Assembly: GCF_009914755.1 (NCBI RefSeq)
Contig: NC_060926.1
Source of the DNA: the human T2T-CHM13v2.0 reference genome, Homo sapiens
DNA: 64,000 nt
Direction: 5' to 3' (one strand)
The position numbers and the translations under genes were made by a program. Shown one piece after another: positions 28,340 through 45,492 of this stretch (positions are counted from its first letter, which is position 1; every line of letters begins with the position of its first letter). The notes under the pieces are model-generated. The model did not search any database. It had not been told where the DNA came from and saw nothing but the letters and a program-made list of their open reading frames with translations.

Positions 28340-30060
28340 ATTATTCAATGAATATTTTTTTGTTTACCACTTATATGTGCTAGTCCTTGGTGATGGCCTC
28401 AAGGGAATCAGTAGACACGATCCTAACTTAACAGAGCTTGCGATCTAATTGGAGATACGGTGAGATTTTTACTGGAGATAATTACAGTACAGCTTCTGCT
28501 ATAGTAGCTGTTGTATTGGGAGCGGTATTCAAACAAATCCTATTGTTGTAACAAATTACCACAACATTGCTGGCTTAAAGCAGCACAGATTTATTATTTT
28601 ACAGATCTGTAGTGTTTCACAGATCTAAATAAAGATGAGATGTTGGTAAGGCTGCATTTCTTTCTGGAGGCTTCAGGGGACAATTGTTTCCTTTCATTTT
28701 CAAGCTTGTAGATGCTGTGCAAGTCCCTGGCTCATGTTCCCCTCCCTCCGTCTTCAAAGCCAGCAACATTGCATTTCTCTAACCACTCTTCCATGTTCAA
28801 GGATGGTTTTCTGGAGGGAGTAACCCATGAGTTTTGATCTGAAGGAGAAGTAGGCGTTAGCTAGCCTAAGGAAGGTGGGTAGAAATTGTGGAAATTTCTG
28901 GAGTAAACATACAAAGGCCAGAAGCAAAATGAGTAATTTCTAGGATCTGAAAGAGGCTCACTATGACTGTATCGTAACATGCTAGCGGCAGAGTGGTACA
29001 ATGTAGGCTAGAGGCAGATACAAATGGGCACAAATCATATAGGTCCTTGATGACCCTAGGAGAGGAGTCTGGATTTCATTCTGTACTATGGTAAGCCACT
29101 TCAGAGTTTTCAGTAGACCAGTGATTTGATCAGATTTGTACTTTGAAAGCTGGCTCTGACTGCAATGTGGTGGACAGATTGAAGGTAGTGAGGTATGATG
29201 GCATCAAGATCTTGGAGAAATCTGCTGTAATTTCAGCTGGAGATTTGCAGGTGGGGCTAAATATGGGTGACACCCATTGGAATGGAAACAAATGGACTGA
29301 TGCAATGAATCTTTATGCATTTGAAGTGATATACATTTGTCATTAATCAGATATAGGGGGTTCAACAGAATAATTCAGGGCATTCCAACTTTTAACTTGG
29401 TGATATTGGTAGAATTGAGAAACGCAGGAGAAAGAAACATTGTGATGTAAAGAGAATGGGTGTGATTGGTTCTTTAGATGTAGATTTTTCAGTCTATGGA
29501 TTGGAAGCTTGAGCAAGAAATCTTGGATGAAGACAGTCATTTAAAATTGAAGAAATATGTATGATAATTAACACTCTTCAAATGGGTGAAGTTGTAGGAT
29601 CAGAAGAGAGATGAACCTAAGATGTTGCCTTGGGGAACCCCATCAGTTTAAGGGAGGTAGAGAAGAAGAATAGTTCACCAAGTAAAAATAAATAATATAT
29701 GGCAAGAGAGAGGTGGGGGCATGGGGTGAGGGTGAGGAACAAAAAGATATGTTACGATGGAACTTGGAAAGAATACTTCAAGAATGAAAGTGTAGTCAAT
29801 ACTCTGAACTATCATTGAGTGATTAGACCTTAAAGATAAGGAATAAAAGATATTCCAGGGCTTTGGCTTTGTTTCTTGTTTTTGTTGTTGTTTGTTTGTT
29901 GCTTGATAACAGTGGTTTCCAGAAATAAGTAGACAGAATCCAGGGTTAAGTGGGTTTAGAAGAGAAATGAAACTGAAGAGATGAAGACTGAGAGATTCAA
30001 CAATATTTTATGGAAGTTTGAAAAAAAGGAGGTCTTGAACCTGCTAAATGCTAATAGGAA
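28340..30060 (-). mobile_element. L2 remnant interrupted by an MLT1 LTR
   Basis: ATTCAATGAATATTT...TATGTGCTAG L2 3' end, followed by purine-rich L2-like sequence. Confidence 0.65.
28515..28795 (-). mobile_element. MLT1 LTR fragment
   Basis: TGTAACAAATTACCACAAC...GGCTTAAAGCAGCACAGATTTATTATTTTACAG. Confidence 0.75.
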
Positions 30061-30237
30061 GGAGCCCCTCACTAATTATTGATATATCTCTCAGCCAGTA
30101 AATTTTCATGGCTGTGGTGGAAGCTGTGCTTTTCAAACTTATTCTAGTGTCCTAATGGTAGAGGCAAGTGAATATCTTCTATCAGAAGTGTAGCTGAATC
30201 TACTACCAGCTCAACTTCAGGTCCTGCAGAAATTCTT

Positions 30238-30560
<323 letters not shown>

Positions 30561-31575
30561 TAAGCATCATGGCAGACCATAGAGCCAATCATCCCATCAG
30601 CAACTCTAGAATTGTATGTAATGCAAACCATGTGGCAATGAGAAAGTAGCCCATGCATCAGCTTGTATCAGGCATTTCAGAAAAGCCATAAACACAAAAA
30701 ATAGACCAATAAAACTGCCTATATATTTTATAACCAGCCATGACTCTAGCTAATGACTCATTAATGAGAAAACAAAAGGTGGAATTATTAGATCTAGGAA
30801 AATTTTTAGTAATCCAGAGGAATTGTGTTAACAGCAAAGTTGAATCAAGTTACAGGCTGATTTAGAATCCACTAAACATGATTACCAAGTGTTTACAGCT
30901 GTGAAAAATGACACTGCATTGTCTTACTCAGAGATAGGACCAAAACTAACAGGTCCATCAAAGTGAATTGGTAAGGTAAAGTCATATTTCAGAATACTTA
31001 AGTTAGAAGAATCTCTCAAAATGAAAGAGCTTTTTCTCTGATTAAATTATCCAGTATGACTTGATCATTTATTTCAATTTATTGTTTGTATAAATGTTTG
31101 GGAGCTGCCTGACGGCAGAGACCAAAATGAGTTTAACTTTGTCCATCACATTGCAAGAGACCTCTACTAAGAAGAGAGGGAGTTAACCACTTAGATGCTT
31201 TCATTGGTTCCCTGGCGATCGTTAGTCAAGGAGAATGGGGACAGGGTTATCAGTATGTTTTTTCCAGCAAACTTACAGAGAAAATGTTAAATAAATTAAC
31301 TGGAATTCTCTAGCTGTAGCAAACATCTTCTAAATATTTTATGCCACTCTCAAACATTAAACCATTTTCTACTTTTTTCAAATTAACTTGAATTTCACAG
31401 TTGTTCTGGGAGTTGTTTCCGTTGTCTCAGGATTTACTTTCATGACAAAAGAGTGAAGAAAACAAAGGCTTTATTTTATTTAATATTCTAAAAGATTACA
31501 AATACAAAAGTGTGAGTGACTTTTAACAAAACAGCAGATAAGCATTTAATATCTCAATGTCTCTTGTTGGAACAG

Positions 31576-31839
31576 GGAAAAGCAGAAAGAAGGAGAAATG
31601 CCAGGATTCTGACCTTTACCCTCTAGTGGAGACAGAACTATGTCCTTGTGATGAATTTATATCCCAACCTTATGGAAACTGGTCAGATTGCATTCTTCCA
31701 GAAGGCAGAAGGGAGCCTCACCGAGGACTGCGGGTACAAGCAGACAGCAAAGAATGTGGAGAAGGCCTGCGCTTTCGAGCAGTAGCCTGTTCTGATAAAA
31801 ATGGAAGACCTGTTGACCCCTCCTTCTGCAGCAGCTCTG
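31576..31839 (+). CDS. THSD7B: THSD7B internal coding exon (264 nt, phase 1-1), TSP1 repeat
   Basis: aacag|GG...TCTG|gtaagg; encodes KSRKKEKCQDSDLYPLVETELCPCDEFISQPYGNWSDCILPEG...ECGEGLRFRAVAC...FCSSS; in frame with the previous exon (G|GG = Gly). Confidence 0.93.
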
Positions 31840-32285
31840 GTAAGGAGATGGATGGAGAGTAACAGATGAGAACACTCACACACAGCTCGGGAGGTTTGTC
31901 TCAGGTCTAGAATTAATAGCTCTGCTCTATAATAATTGTTTTAATTTTCCTTTGTCAATAACACATTGTCTCTCATAAAATATGGACAGATGAAATGCAT
32001 ACATCTGTATCTCAATGATTATCTGGAATGTGATGGTGCTGGATCCCTGACTCACTTCATTCTCTAATTCACCTTTGTTTATTAGCCGCCTGTTTACTGG
32101 TGGTCAGCACTGCTGCTCCACTTCACTGAGAAAGCCAAAGCCAAATACAAACAAATATGTTCCATGCTGTTTTTTCATGCTCTGACCATATACATAGAAG
32201 GCATCAGAACTTGAGTGTCTTCTAATGTAGTTGAGAAAAAAAAAAATCAATGAAAAAGTTGATTTTAAAAGTTTTACCGTATAAA

Positions 32286-32595
<310 letters not shown>

Positions 32596-33259
32596 AGTTT
32601 TACTATATAAAGTATAAGTATACCCAAGTTAATAGAATAAAACTATAGGAAAAAAACAAGAGACAATCTCAGAGAGTTTTGTCAGATGTTAATCTGGGAA
32701 AATACTGTTTTTGAACCTTAATTGGGAGAATTTGAAAGATCTGGGTGTATGGAAAAAGAAATGGAGGTTAAATACAGCTGGGGTGAAAATTGGTGAAACA
32801 GGCTGAAACCAATCATTACAATGGAGCCTCTGAATTTCCTGCTCTGTTTTTCTTTCTTTCTTTTTTTTTTTTTACTAGTTTTTTAAAAAGAATAAACAAG
32901 TCTAGAAACAAATGGGTAGATTTTGGTCTTAGTCATCAAGGTTTTGTGTACTAATAAGCGTTCTCAGTAATACCAGAAAATCAAATTCAATTATAATGTA
33001 CAAGCTAAGTAAATGATAGTTCTTCTTTATTGCCAGTGTACTAGCTATCTTTATTTAAGATATACCCATATCATTATACAATGAGATTTAATGACTTTTA
33101 AATTAATACTCTCATTGCTTTATATAGGCTTCCTAGATTAGTCTACATTAATTTTTTAAGTGATTTGACTTTCAGAAACATTAAATACATCACAAGAAAG
33201 TAATGGACCCATTTTAAGGTGATGCTAATCTTTGTTTTTTAGCTTGTATGTGCGCATTG

Positions 33260-33950
33260 GTTTATTCATTCATTTGAACAAAACGTTTTTATTGACCATC
33301 TGCTATGTACCTGGACATCTATGACTTGAGTGTACAGTTAAGGAGAAGTCAGAAACTTGTGGAGTTTACTGTCCAGAGGGGGATAGAAATAGAACAAATA
33401 CATAAAAAGAATTTCAAGTTTTGATTAGCTCTGAGGATGCTGAATAGAAAATTTTTCGATAGACTTTAGGGAAGCCTTCACTGAAGTGACATAAATCTAA
33501 GATGTGAAAGGTAAGAAGGAGGCAGATGTACAAAGCACATAACAAGGTTGTTTTAGTTAGTGGGGTGTCCAGAAGATAAAAGCTAGGAAAGGTGTTTTGG
33601 ATAAAACGAAAACCCTGTGGTTTGAGTGTAGAGAGTGAGGAGAGAGCTGTGTGAAGTGAAGTTGAAGAAGTATGTGGAATCTTGTGAGACAAGCCAAGGA
33701 ATATGAATATAATTTAACGGCAGTCATCAGCTTGGAAGTGGGGTAAGTAATGTTATCCAATTTAGAGATTTTAAAGATCACTTTTGACTACTGTCTACAG
33801 ACTGACTTAAAAGGGGGAAGGAAGCTGCTGGGAAACTCATGTAGTTAATCAAGGAAAGACATGATGGTAGGTTAGACTAGGGTGGTGGCAATAAAGAAAT
33901 ACAGAAGTAATTTTAAGATGTAATTTAGAGATAGAATTGACAAGATTATT
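33260..33950 (-). mobile_element. L2 remnant
   Basis: ATTCATTCATT...TTTATTGACCATCTGCTATGTACC L2 3' end. Confidence 0.7.
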
Positions 33951-34351
33951 CCAAATGCAAGTCGTCTTTTCTATATGTTATCTGTCATTCATCCGTAATT
34001 TTGCATGAATTTGTGGAGGGTTTTTTAATTTAGAAAATAATCATTTCAGGTTAGAAATGAAAACATCTTGAAACAAGAGGAGACATTTGTAATTCAACCA
34101 ATTTGCAATGCCATAGCAAAAGCTATTAGGGAATCTAAGAGACTTTCACCAGATGAAAATCATGCTTTAATCAAAATTTACTGTAGCCTCATAACTTTTA
34201 TGGTACTTGTATTAAGCTACTTTCACAGTATATATTTTCAAAAAAAGGTTTTTTAAAAAAAATAGCGAGTGAAAATACCTTATTGTGTCACTTCTAGGGA
34301 TATGACATATACTTGTCTATCAAAGAAAAAAAAATCTTTTAATGGTTACTA

Positions 34352-34690
<339 letters not shown>

Positions 34691-34740
34691 TATATGTATA
34701 TATGTATATGAATTAGCTCACTATTAAGAATTATATTATA

Positions 34741-35039
34741 GGTTAGGTGCAGTGGCTCATGCCTGTAATCCTAGCACTTTGGGAGGCCAAGGCAGGTGGA
34801 TCACTTGAGGCCATGACTTCAAGACCAGCCTGGCCAACATGGCAAAACCCCATCTCTACTAAAAATACAAAAATTAGCCAGGTGTGGTGGCAGGTGCCTG
34901 TAATCCCAGCTACTTGGGAGGCTGAGGTGGGAGAATCACTTGAACTTCGTAGGCGGAAATTGCAGTGAGCCAACATCGTGCCACTGTACTCTAGCCTAGG
35001 TGACAGAGCAAGACCCTGTCTCAAAAAAAAAAAAAAAAA
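34741..35039 (+). mobile_element. Alu (S-type)
   Basis: Full dimer with A tail, directly after the previous Alu. Confidence 0.93.
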
Positions 35040-35689
35040 TTATTATCATGGGCAAACTGAGACACAGGATAATGACCTAAATCTGGATCTCCCAATAAGA
35101 ATGGTAAGTGCTTCCCCCTTTTAAATCTTTACTTGGACTTTGTCTCCCATTTGCATTTTAGACATGAGCAGGATTCCCTACAATGACATCAGGGAGACTT
35201 CTTCATGAGGATAATTATTCCTCATCAAGCATAATGTGTTCTATATGGCCCCTATTGGATACACATAACTGTGGGAACACAACTCCATAAATTCTGAGTT
35301 ATCCATACTAATGGATTCCATGGATAACTCAAACCATTGATAATCACAGCCCAGTCTGCTTGGCTTTCGGAGTATCACAATGAGGAGAAATATTAAAATC
35401 ACAATTTATTTTTTAAAAAACTTTAAAATGGAGTTTGTCTCTAAGTTCTGTCAGCCCCTATTGGCTCTTAATGAGTTCCATCACTGCCTGATGCAAAAGT
35501 GCATGGTGTCGTCTCCATCTGTGTGACAACAGGTCCAATGAAGGGACTACCTAAATTGGGCAACAAAATATCCTGTGACAAAATTCAGATTCTTGAGGTG
35601 AGCCACTTCCAACCATGTTTCTTATATCAGTGTTTTTTTTTTTTTTTTTTTTTTTTTTCAAAGAACAGGACAAAAAAGTACTCTAGCAT

Positions 35690-36600
35690 GCCAATACACT
35701 GAGCTTTATCTCTCCCTGGCCCTGCCTTCATCTCTCCTTTCATTCAGGTCTCTGCTGAATATCCCCTCATATCAAGTCTTTCTGATTCCTCTAATAATTG
35801 ATCCACCTCATCACTTCCTATTTCCCTTGCCAGTCTTTATGTTTTTTCATAGCACTTAATCACCAACTGACACATTATATATTTACTTTTTAGAAATGAG
35901 TGCTTATTGTCTCTCCCTGCAGTCGATTATAAAGTTCCAGGAGAGTGGAAACTTATTAAAAATGTCTTTTATTTATTTTCAACTGCTGTATCCACAACAC
36001 CTACAGTGTCAGAAATTTCATAGACATTCAAAATATGTTTTTGAAAACATGACTGAATCATCGGGTTGTGGTAATTTTGTCTCCAAAGTATGTCTTGTCT
36101 TTTCCTTTCCTTTTTCTATCTTCTGCACATGCTGATGTTATGCTATTCTGTCTTGACTTATCCACCTGATATCTGTCATGCCAGGAGCCATCAGCCATCA
36201 TACTGACACGAAAATGTGTCCAAGCCATGGGCCTGCTTGCAGTCTTTCCTGGTCTCTTTATGTAGCAGCTCCTCAGCTGGACCCTCGAGGACTTCCATGA
36301 GGATGTACTTCACCTGGCATGCCCTTTTTCCTCCTGTCATGGGACTCTTCATCCTCTGGGTTAAGATCAGGTGCTACCCATTGCAGGAAGTATTTTCCTT
36401 TCTTCCGCTCTTGTGTTTTTTTGTAACACTACATTTAACTTTATTTAAAACATCCATGTAGATCTCTATTTCTCTTACTAAATTGAGAGTTCATTGAAAT
36501 TCATGATTGTATCATGTTTATTTCTCCATCCCCAATACCTATCACAGGCTCTGGCCCCACACAGGCTCTCAGTATCTGTTGGCTGAATGAATGGAAAGGA
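35690..36600 (+). mobile_element. L2 remnants (two 3' ends, ~36060 and ~36595)
   Basis: CATAGCACTTAATCACC...; CTCAGTATCTGTTGGCTGAATGAATG. Confidence 0.6.
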
Positions 36601-37399
36601 TAGTTTAGATAAGAGTCAACACACATATGCCCATATACAGGTTCTGAAGTGTGCGTGCAGTGTATGCACATGTTTTAACAGCCCCTTGGGTAGAACAGCT
36701 GTGTATAACAAAAGCAGATCCATAGAGAAGCCACCTGTGTAACACAAAGAGCACAGAAAACCTTGTTCTATTTTGCCCTCGATGTATAGTTTGGGAATAG
36801 AGGAAATGAAATTACATTGCTGCTAGTGGATAAGCAATGTTTTTGAAACAATGGAAGAATGCAGAAGGAATGATTTTTTCAAGTGATCCAGTGACAAAAA
36901 TGTGAATAAGCTTTCATTCATCAAATTATGAAATGAAAATATAATGTTTTCTATCTGATTCCAGATAAATCATAATTGATTTGTAGGCAATGAATTATTT
37001 TCATTAGTATATCATCCACATGTAATTTAGCATTTGCAATTTAACACTTATAATTTCATTAATTTACTGTAATATATAAGTAGGTATAGATAGAACACAA
37101 AGCAAAATAATCATCATAATCTAAAGAATCTCTTTTTGGATTTAAGAAATAAATATTTACATGTTTGCAATCACTGGAAAAGTGAATTTAATATTAATGT
37201 ATTTAGAAAGTTTAGATTTGCTGTGTATGTATTGAATTTTAAATAATTGAAATATTTCTCTTACAACTCTATATGAACAAGTTTATTTTGGTTGAGCTGG
37301 GAGAACATGCTTGGGACTGAAAATTACATCTTTATTAATCAAGGTGATTAAAAGAGCTTTTTTTTTCTAATTCCAGGTCTAGGTTCAAAATTAACCATT

Positions 37400-37702
<303 letters not shown>

Positions 37703-38882
37703 AAGACAGCATTTTATATATACAGTGTCCTGGCAAAGATTTGTGGATATCAAAGACAGGACACATGTATTAACCTATTGTGAACAGTCTTCATAAGTCC
37801 AGTTCATGGAAGGGACTGAATAATTATATTATATCCTCTCTCCCAGAAAGAAATAGAAACTTTTTAGTTATATGAAATTCTTGCCAAATGACTCATTGCC
37901 TAAATCCTTTACACCTTTATGTTTATTTACCAAGACATTGAAAGGCTCTTCAATTCACCACTTGGGGAAGAATAATAGTGTCTGGGCTAAGGAGATTTGC
38001 ATTGACAAGATAAAGAATATGTTTCTATGTTTTCGTGTTGTGATTTTGCCTCTTTTGCTACTTTTGTTTGTTTTAACATGACCATAGATATAAACTTCAT
38101 ATAATATTGCTGTGTTAGAGCTGTTTCTCTCTTCTATCCACTTTTCTCCAGCCCTGTTGCTCTGCCTTAGTTCAGGCTACTTTATGTTTATTGTAGATTC
38201 ACTGCAGTGGTGGCCCATCCACTGTCCTCACTCAGTCCTTCTTCTGGCCAGCCTCTCTCCCATTTCAAGGACAGGAATCTTTCCAAAAGGCAAATCTGAT
38301 GATCACTCCCGTAGATTTTAAAACCTCAAATGGCAACCCATTGCCCAGACCCCTTAGAATGGGATACAAGCCCTTCATGATTTTACCCTCCTTTTTTTAA
38401 TCATTATAAAAGATTTACATATTTTCTGCATACAACTGATAATTTGAAACACTCATATAATCATATCAGGTTAAGTAGAACATTCATCACCTTAAATATC
38501 TTTTCTTTATGCTGGAAACATTCAAATTACTCTTCTAGATATTTTGAAATGTACAATAGGTTAATGTTAACTAGAGTCACTCTACTGATCTATTGAAAAC
38601 CAGATTTTATTTTTTCCTAAGTATATATTTGTACCCGTTAATCAACCTCTCTTCATCCCTCCTATTTTTTCTAGGCTCTGGTAATCACCAATCTACTCTC
38701 TATTTTTATGACATCTCCTTTTATAGCTCCCACATATAAGTGAGGACATGTGATATTTGTCCTTCTATGCTTGGCTAATTTCACTCAACATAATGACCTC
38801 CAGTTCAATCAATGTTGCTGCAAATGACAGGAGTTCATTCTGTATAGTGGCTGAATAATATTCCATTGTGTATATGTCTCAC

Positions 38883-39807
<925 letters not shown>

Positions 39808-40689
39808 TTTGCTTTATACATTCATCCACTGATGAACACTTAGACTGATTCCATATTTTGGCTATTGAAAATAGTGGGAGTATAGATACCCCTTTGCTAT
39901 ATTGACTTTATGTCTCTTGAATATATACTCAGTACTGGAATTGCTGGATAATATGGTAGTTCTATTTTTAGTTTTTTAAGGAAACTCCATACTGTTATTC
40001 ATAATGATTATACTAATTTACATTCCCACTAACAGTGTACGAGGGTTCCCCTTTCTCCATATCCTCAGCAGCATCTGTTATTCCCTGTCTTTTAGATAAA
40101 AGCCATTTTTACTGGAGTGAGATGATATCTACCGTGGTTTTGATTTTAACCTTGTTTAATGCCTGAAGCCTCATATTTCATCCACCCCACTCTGAACTCC
40201 AGCAGTCCTGGGTTCTAGAATATCTCAATATATACCATTTGCTGGCAGGGGTCTTTTGCCTTCTGTACCTATCTACTTTCCTCCTGCTGTGACTTTAATT
40301 TAATTTAATTTGCAACTTAATTCTCTAGTTGATTCCTAATAACCTTTCTGAACTTGTATTAGAAATGTCACCCTTTTTGAAAAACCACAGACAGTCTTGC
40401 CCGGCAGCCCTTTCCTGACTCCCCAACCCCTAGAACCCACTAGGAGAGGAGCTTGCCGCTTAATGTTTGTTAGCAAGATATACATTCTCGGTCCTATACT
40501 TCTCCTATTTTACCTATCTTATTGCTAATCCATGCTGCCACAGAGGGCTGTGTGCCCCCTGAGAGATGGACCATGAACACTTCATCACTCTATCATCACA
40601 AACAGCTGGCAGAGTGTCAGCAAATCACACATACTCAATAATGGCTCACAAAACACAGATTGTAAATTATGCTTATGAATAACTAATTT

Positions 40690-41985
40690 TAATTCACATA
40701 TGTGAATTCATTCCCTATGACTACTTTATCAAAACTACAAACTTGGTGGCATAAAACAATGCAGTTATTCTCTCACAGTTCTGAAGGTAAGTAAGAAGTT
40801 CAAAATCTGTTTCACTAGGTCAAAGTCAAGGTGTAGTCAGGGCCATGCTCACTCCAAAGGCTTTGGAAGAAAGCTTTTCCTGGCCTTTTCCCCTTTCTAG
40901 AGTTGCATTCCTTGCATTCCTTGGCTCATGGCCTCTTCCTGTGTCTTTAAATCCGGTGGCATAGCATCTGGCTTCAGTATCACATTGGATTCTTCTTCTG
41001 CAGCAAACCTTTTGACTCCTTCTTATAAAAACACTTACGACTACCTGACCTGTGTGGACAATTTAGGATAACCTTTCTGTGCAGGGAAAAACACGCTGAC
41101 TGTGTTTTTCCTCTGCCCACACACCAACACAACACCAATCATCAACACAGAAAAATACTTCTGTGACCAAATGTATGGGAGTTTTTCCCCCACACACCCA
41201 GCAGCAGATACCAGTTGGTTGTCCTCCAATTCAATTCTAATACTGTCTATCTGGAGATAATATCAGATCCCACAGGTTGGCAGCTCAGAACCTAAAACTG
41301 CCTCCCATACCTCCAGGCACCAGTTGCAACTCTGGGCCTCTGAAAATTCTGACCAACTGGCTTCAAGTTGGGGTTCCCACGACTCCCACTTTGGGTTTGA
41401 TTAATTTGCTGGAGTAGTTCACAGAACTAAGGGAAATAGTTACTTACATTTATTGGCTTATTCTAAAGGATACAGATGAAGAGACAAGAGGGGCATGGGG
41501 GTAGGGGGACAGAACTTCCATGCTCTCCCTGGGCACACCACCCTCCCCGAATTTCCATGTGTTCAGCTATCTGGAAGCTCCCTGAACCTGGTCCTCTTGA
41601 GTTTTTATGGAAGTTTCATGAAGTCAGCATTCCTTCCACAGGATATAGGGCAGGACCCTCTCTGGGGAGGGTCTTAACACCCACAATCATAAATTTTGGA
41701 GAAGATTAGAGTCCTGCCTTGGAGCAGGTGAAAGGAGGGTAGGAGAAGGTTGGAGAGATTCTGTTTCCTGAGGCCTAACACACCCAACATTGTAACAAAA
41801 GATTGTATCAAGGACTATGGGAGTTATAAGCCAGGAAACCTGGATGAACACCAATATAAATCGTAACACCACACTTACCATCTCAATATCACATCTGCAA
41901 AATCTGTTTTACCTTATTAGGTAGCATTTGCACATTCCAAGGAATAAAACCTGAAAATCTTTGGGCTGTTTTTCACCGTACCAGA
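40690..41985 (-). mobile_element. MLT1 LTR split by a MER21-like LTR
   Basis: AAACTACAAACTTGGTGGCATAAAACAA...GGATAACC resumes as CATCTCAATATCACATCTGCAAAATC. Confidence 0.75.
41078..41873 (-). mobile_element. MER21A-like solo LTR
   Basis: CTTCTGTGACCAAATGT...TCAGATCCCACAGGTT...; TG..CA ends; TSD CTTTC/CTTAC. Confidence 0.8.
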
Positions 41986-44761
41986 ATATGTTAAGAGGGC
42001 AGTCATGTTTTTGAAACTAAACTCCTGAAAGAAGTGCAAGTGAAAAACAATTTGAAACTTTGCTCAACGGTTTGAAGCATTCGCAGAGTGTTATTTTCTT
42101 ATTTTCCTTGTGTGTAATATCTACACAGGGGACTTTATGTGAATTATATTGAATTGAATTATCTGGAAAACTATTGGGCAAAATATTGTCAGCAAAAATG
42201 TTACAATGAAGAAAGCAAATATGGGATTTGAGTATTTCCTTGAACAACATTATATAAAATTAGTATTTCCTTTTACTTTTGTTTTGTTTGTTTTTGCAGG
42301 GTATTGGGCATCCCCTTGTCTCCAGGTCACATATTTGCTATATCTTGTTCATTTAATATGTTGTATTTTCTAATTCCAACCTATTTAGCAGTTGCTGGAG
42401 ACAAGGGCTTACTGATGAATTCTCATTTGAAGAGAAAATTCAGCTACTGACAATGTTTGAGGAGCTCATGTTGTCCAAGAAGTCATCTGGAAAGATCCAT
42501 TGGGAATAGCGGTTCATTTGCTTATGGATTCATTTATACTTTTAAAAAAATCAATGGAACATCTAGTTTTCATCAGGCATTTTCCTATATATCAGTTTAT
42601 AAAGATTAACAAGTCATATGCTCTAAACATATTCATAGTCTAATAAAAGACTGTATTAGGGACTTCTAAATTTAGGAATATCTCCTCTCTCTGAGTCAGA
42701 CCATACTTTAATTTTTTTTAATTACACTGAAGGAAAAATTTCAGGACCTCAACCAGTCAAATGGTTTAATATACTCTATATTTCTAAATCCAGAATTATG
42801 CCCAAATATGGAATCAAGATTTCTTTATTGATGATTGAAAATGGACAATGAGAGAAGACATGTCTAGGGCCTTATAGCCTGGTCTGTATGGATTTGATAG
42901 GAAAACCTTTCTAGAGAAGGCATTGTATGTTTTGACCCTTCTCAGAGAATAAATTGTGGACCCATGATGAAATCCACGTACAACTTTCTTCGTACCTATT
43001 TGGAATAAAATGGGATATATTTTACCCTAAATAAGAAAGTAAACAGAACTTCTAAACAAATGGTTTTTAATTAATAAATTAATATTTATTACTCATTTTT
43101 TCTTCAAAAACAAAAGCAAGTAGGTATCTTATGAAAGGCTACAAAGTAACTTTCTCTACCTTGATTAAAGAAAAAATAGTTCAATCTTCCTGAGATCAGG
43201 GAAAAAACAAGAATGTCTATTCTCAAATTCTATTCAGCACCATGCTGGAGGTTTTAGCCATGGCAATTAGGCAATAAAAATAAATAAAAGGTATCTATAT
43301 TGAAAATCCAGGAGTTAAACTACATCTATTGGCAGATAAAATAAACTTATAAATAGAAAATACTAAGAACCACCCTCAGAAAGAAGCTATTAAAGCTAAA
43401 GAATTTAGCAGGTTTGCAGAGTATAAGATCAATGGTCGCAAAGCAGTTGTAGGTCTATACACTAACAATGAACAATCAGAAAATGAAATTAAGAAAATAA
43501 TTTCATTTATAATAGCATCAAAAAGACTGAAAGACTTAAGAATCTATTTAACGAAAGAAACTTATTATACTCTGAAAACTTTATTTATTATACGCTATAA
43601 AACATTGTTGGGGAAGATTAAAGAAGACCTAAATTAATGGAAAGATGTGCTATGTTAATGGATGATAATTCTTAATATTGTTAAGAATTGTTATCTTAAA
43701 ATACCAGTGGTCCTCAAATTAATCTATTTAGTTCAGATTATATTAAAAGCTTAGCTAGCTTTTTTGAATAAATTGAGAAACTGATCCTGAAATTCATATG
43801 GAAATGTGAGAGATCAAGAATAGTCAAACAGTCTTGAAAAGGTGGAACAAAGTTGAAAGAGATACACTCTCTAATTTCAAAACTTACTACAAAGTTACAG
43901 TTATCAAGACACTGTGGTACTGGCATAAGGAGAAACATATAGATTAATGAAACAGAATTGGCATTTCATAAATAAACCCTTACATTTATGCTCAATTGAT
44001 TTTCAACAAGGGTACTATGACTGTTCAATGAAGAAAGAATAATCTCTTTAACAAATGGTGCTGGAACAACTGAATGTCTATATGCCAATGAATGTAGCTT
44101 GACTCTTTCCTTATACCATGACAAAAATTAACAAAATGAATCATAGACCTAAATGTAATAGCTAAAATTATAAAAAAATTATAAAAAAACTTAAAAGCAT
44201 ATCTTCTAGACTTGGACTAGGCAGAGACTTCTTAGATACTACACCACCCAAAGCACTAGAAACAAAAGAAAAAATTAATTGTCGTTCATCAAAATTAAAA
44301 ATGTAAGTGCTGTAAAAAATACCATTAAGAATATATAACTAAAGAGGCTAGCATGATCCTTATACCAAAGCCAGAAAAGGACGAAAAGGACACTATGAGA
44401 AAAGAAAATTATAGGCCAATAGCCCTGATAAATGTAGATGCAATAATCCTCAACAAAATTTTAGCAAACCAAATTCAATAGCACATTAAAAGGATCATAT
44501 ACAAAGATTAAGTGAGATTTATTCCTGGGATGCAAAGATGTTTCAAAATACAAAAGTCAACAAATGTAATACATCACATTAACAGAATGAAGGACCCAAA
44601 TCATATGATCATCTCAATAGATAAAGAAAAAATATTTGATAAAATTCAACATCCTTCATAATAAAAACTCTCAATAAATTGCATAGAGTTGGCTCTCCAT
44701 ATTTAAAGGTTCTGCATTAGTGGACTTAACTCACCACAGATAAAAAATATTTTAAAAAATA

Positions 44762-45129
<368 letters not shown>

Positions 45130-45182
45130 TTACATAGCATTTACATTATAGTAGGTATTAAGAGTAATCTAGAGATGATTTA

Positions 45183-45492
<310 letters not shown>

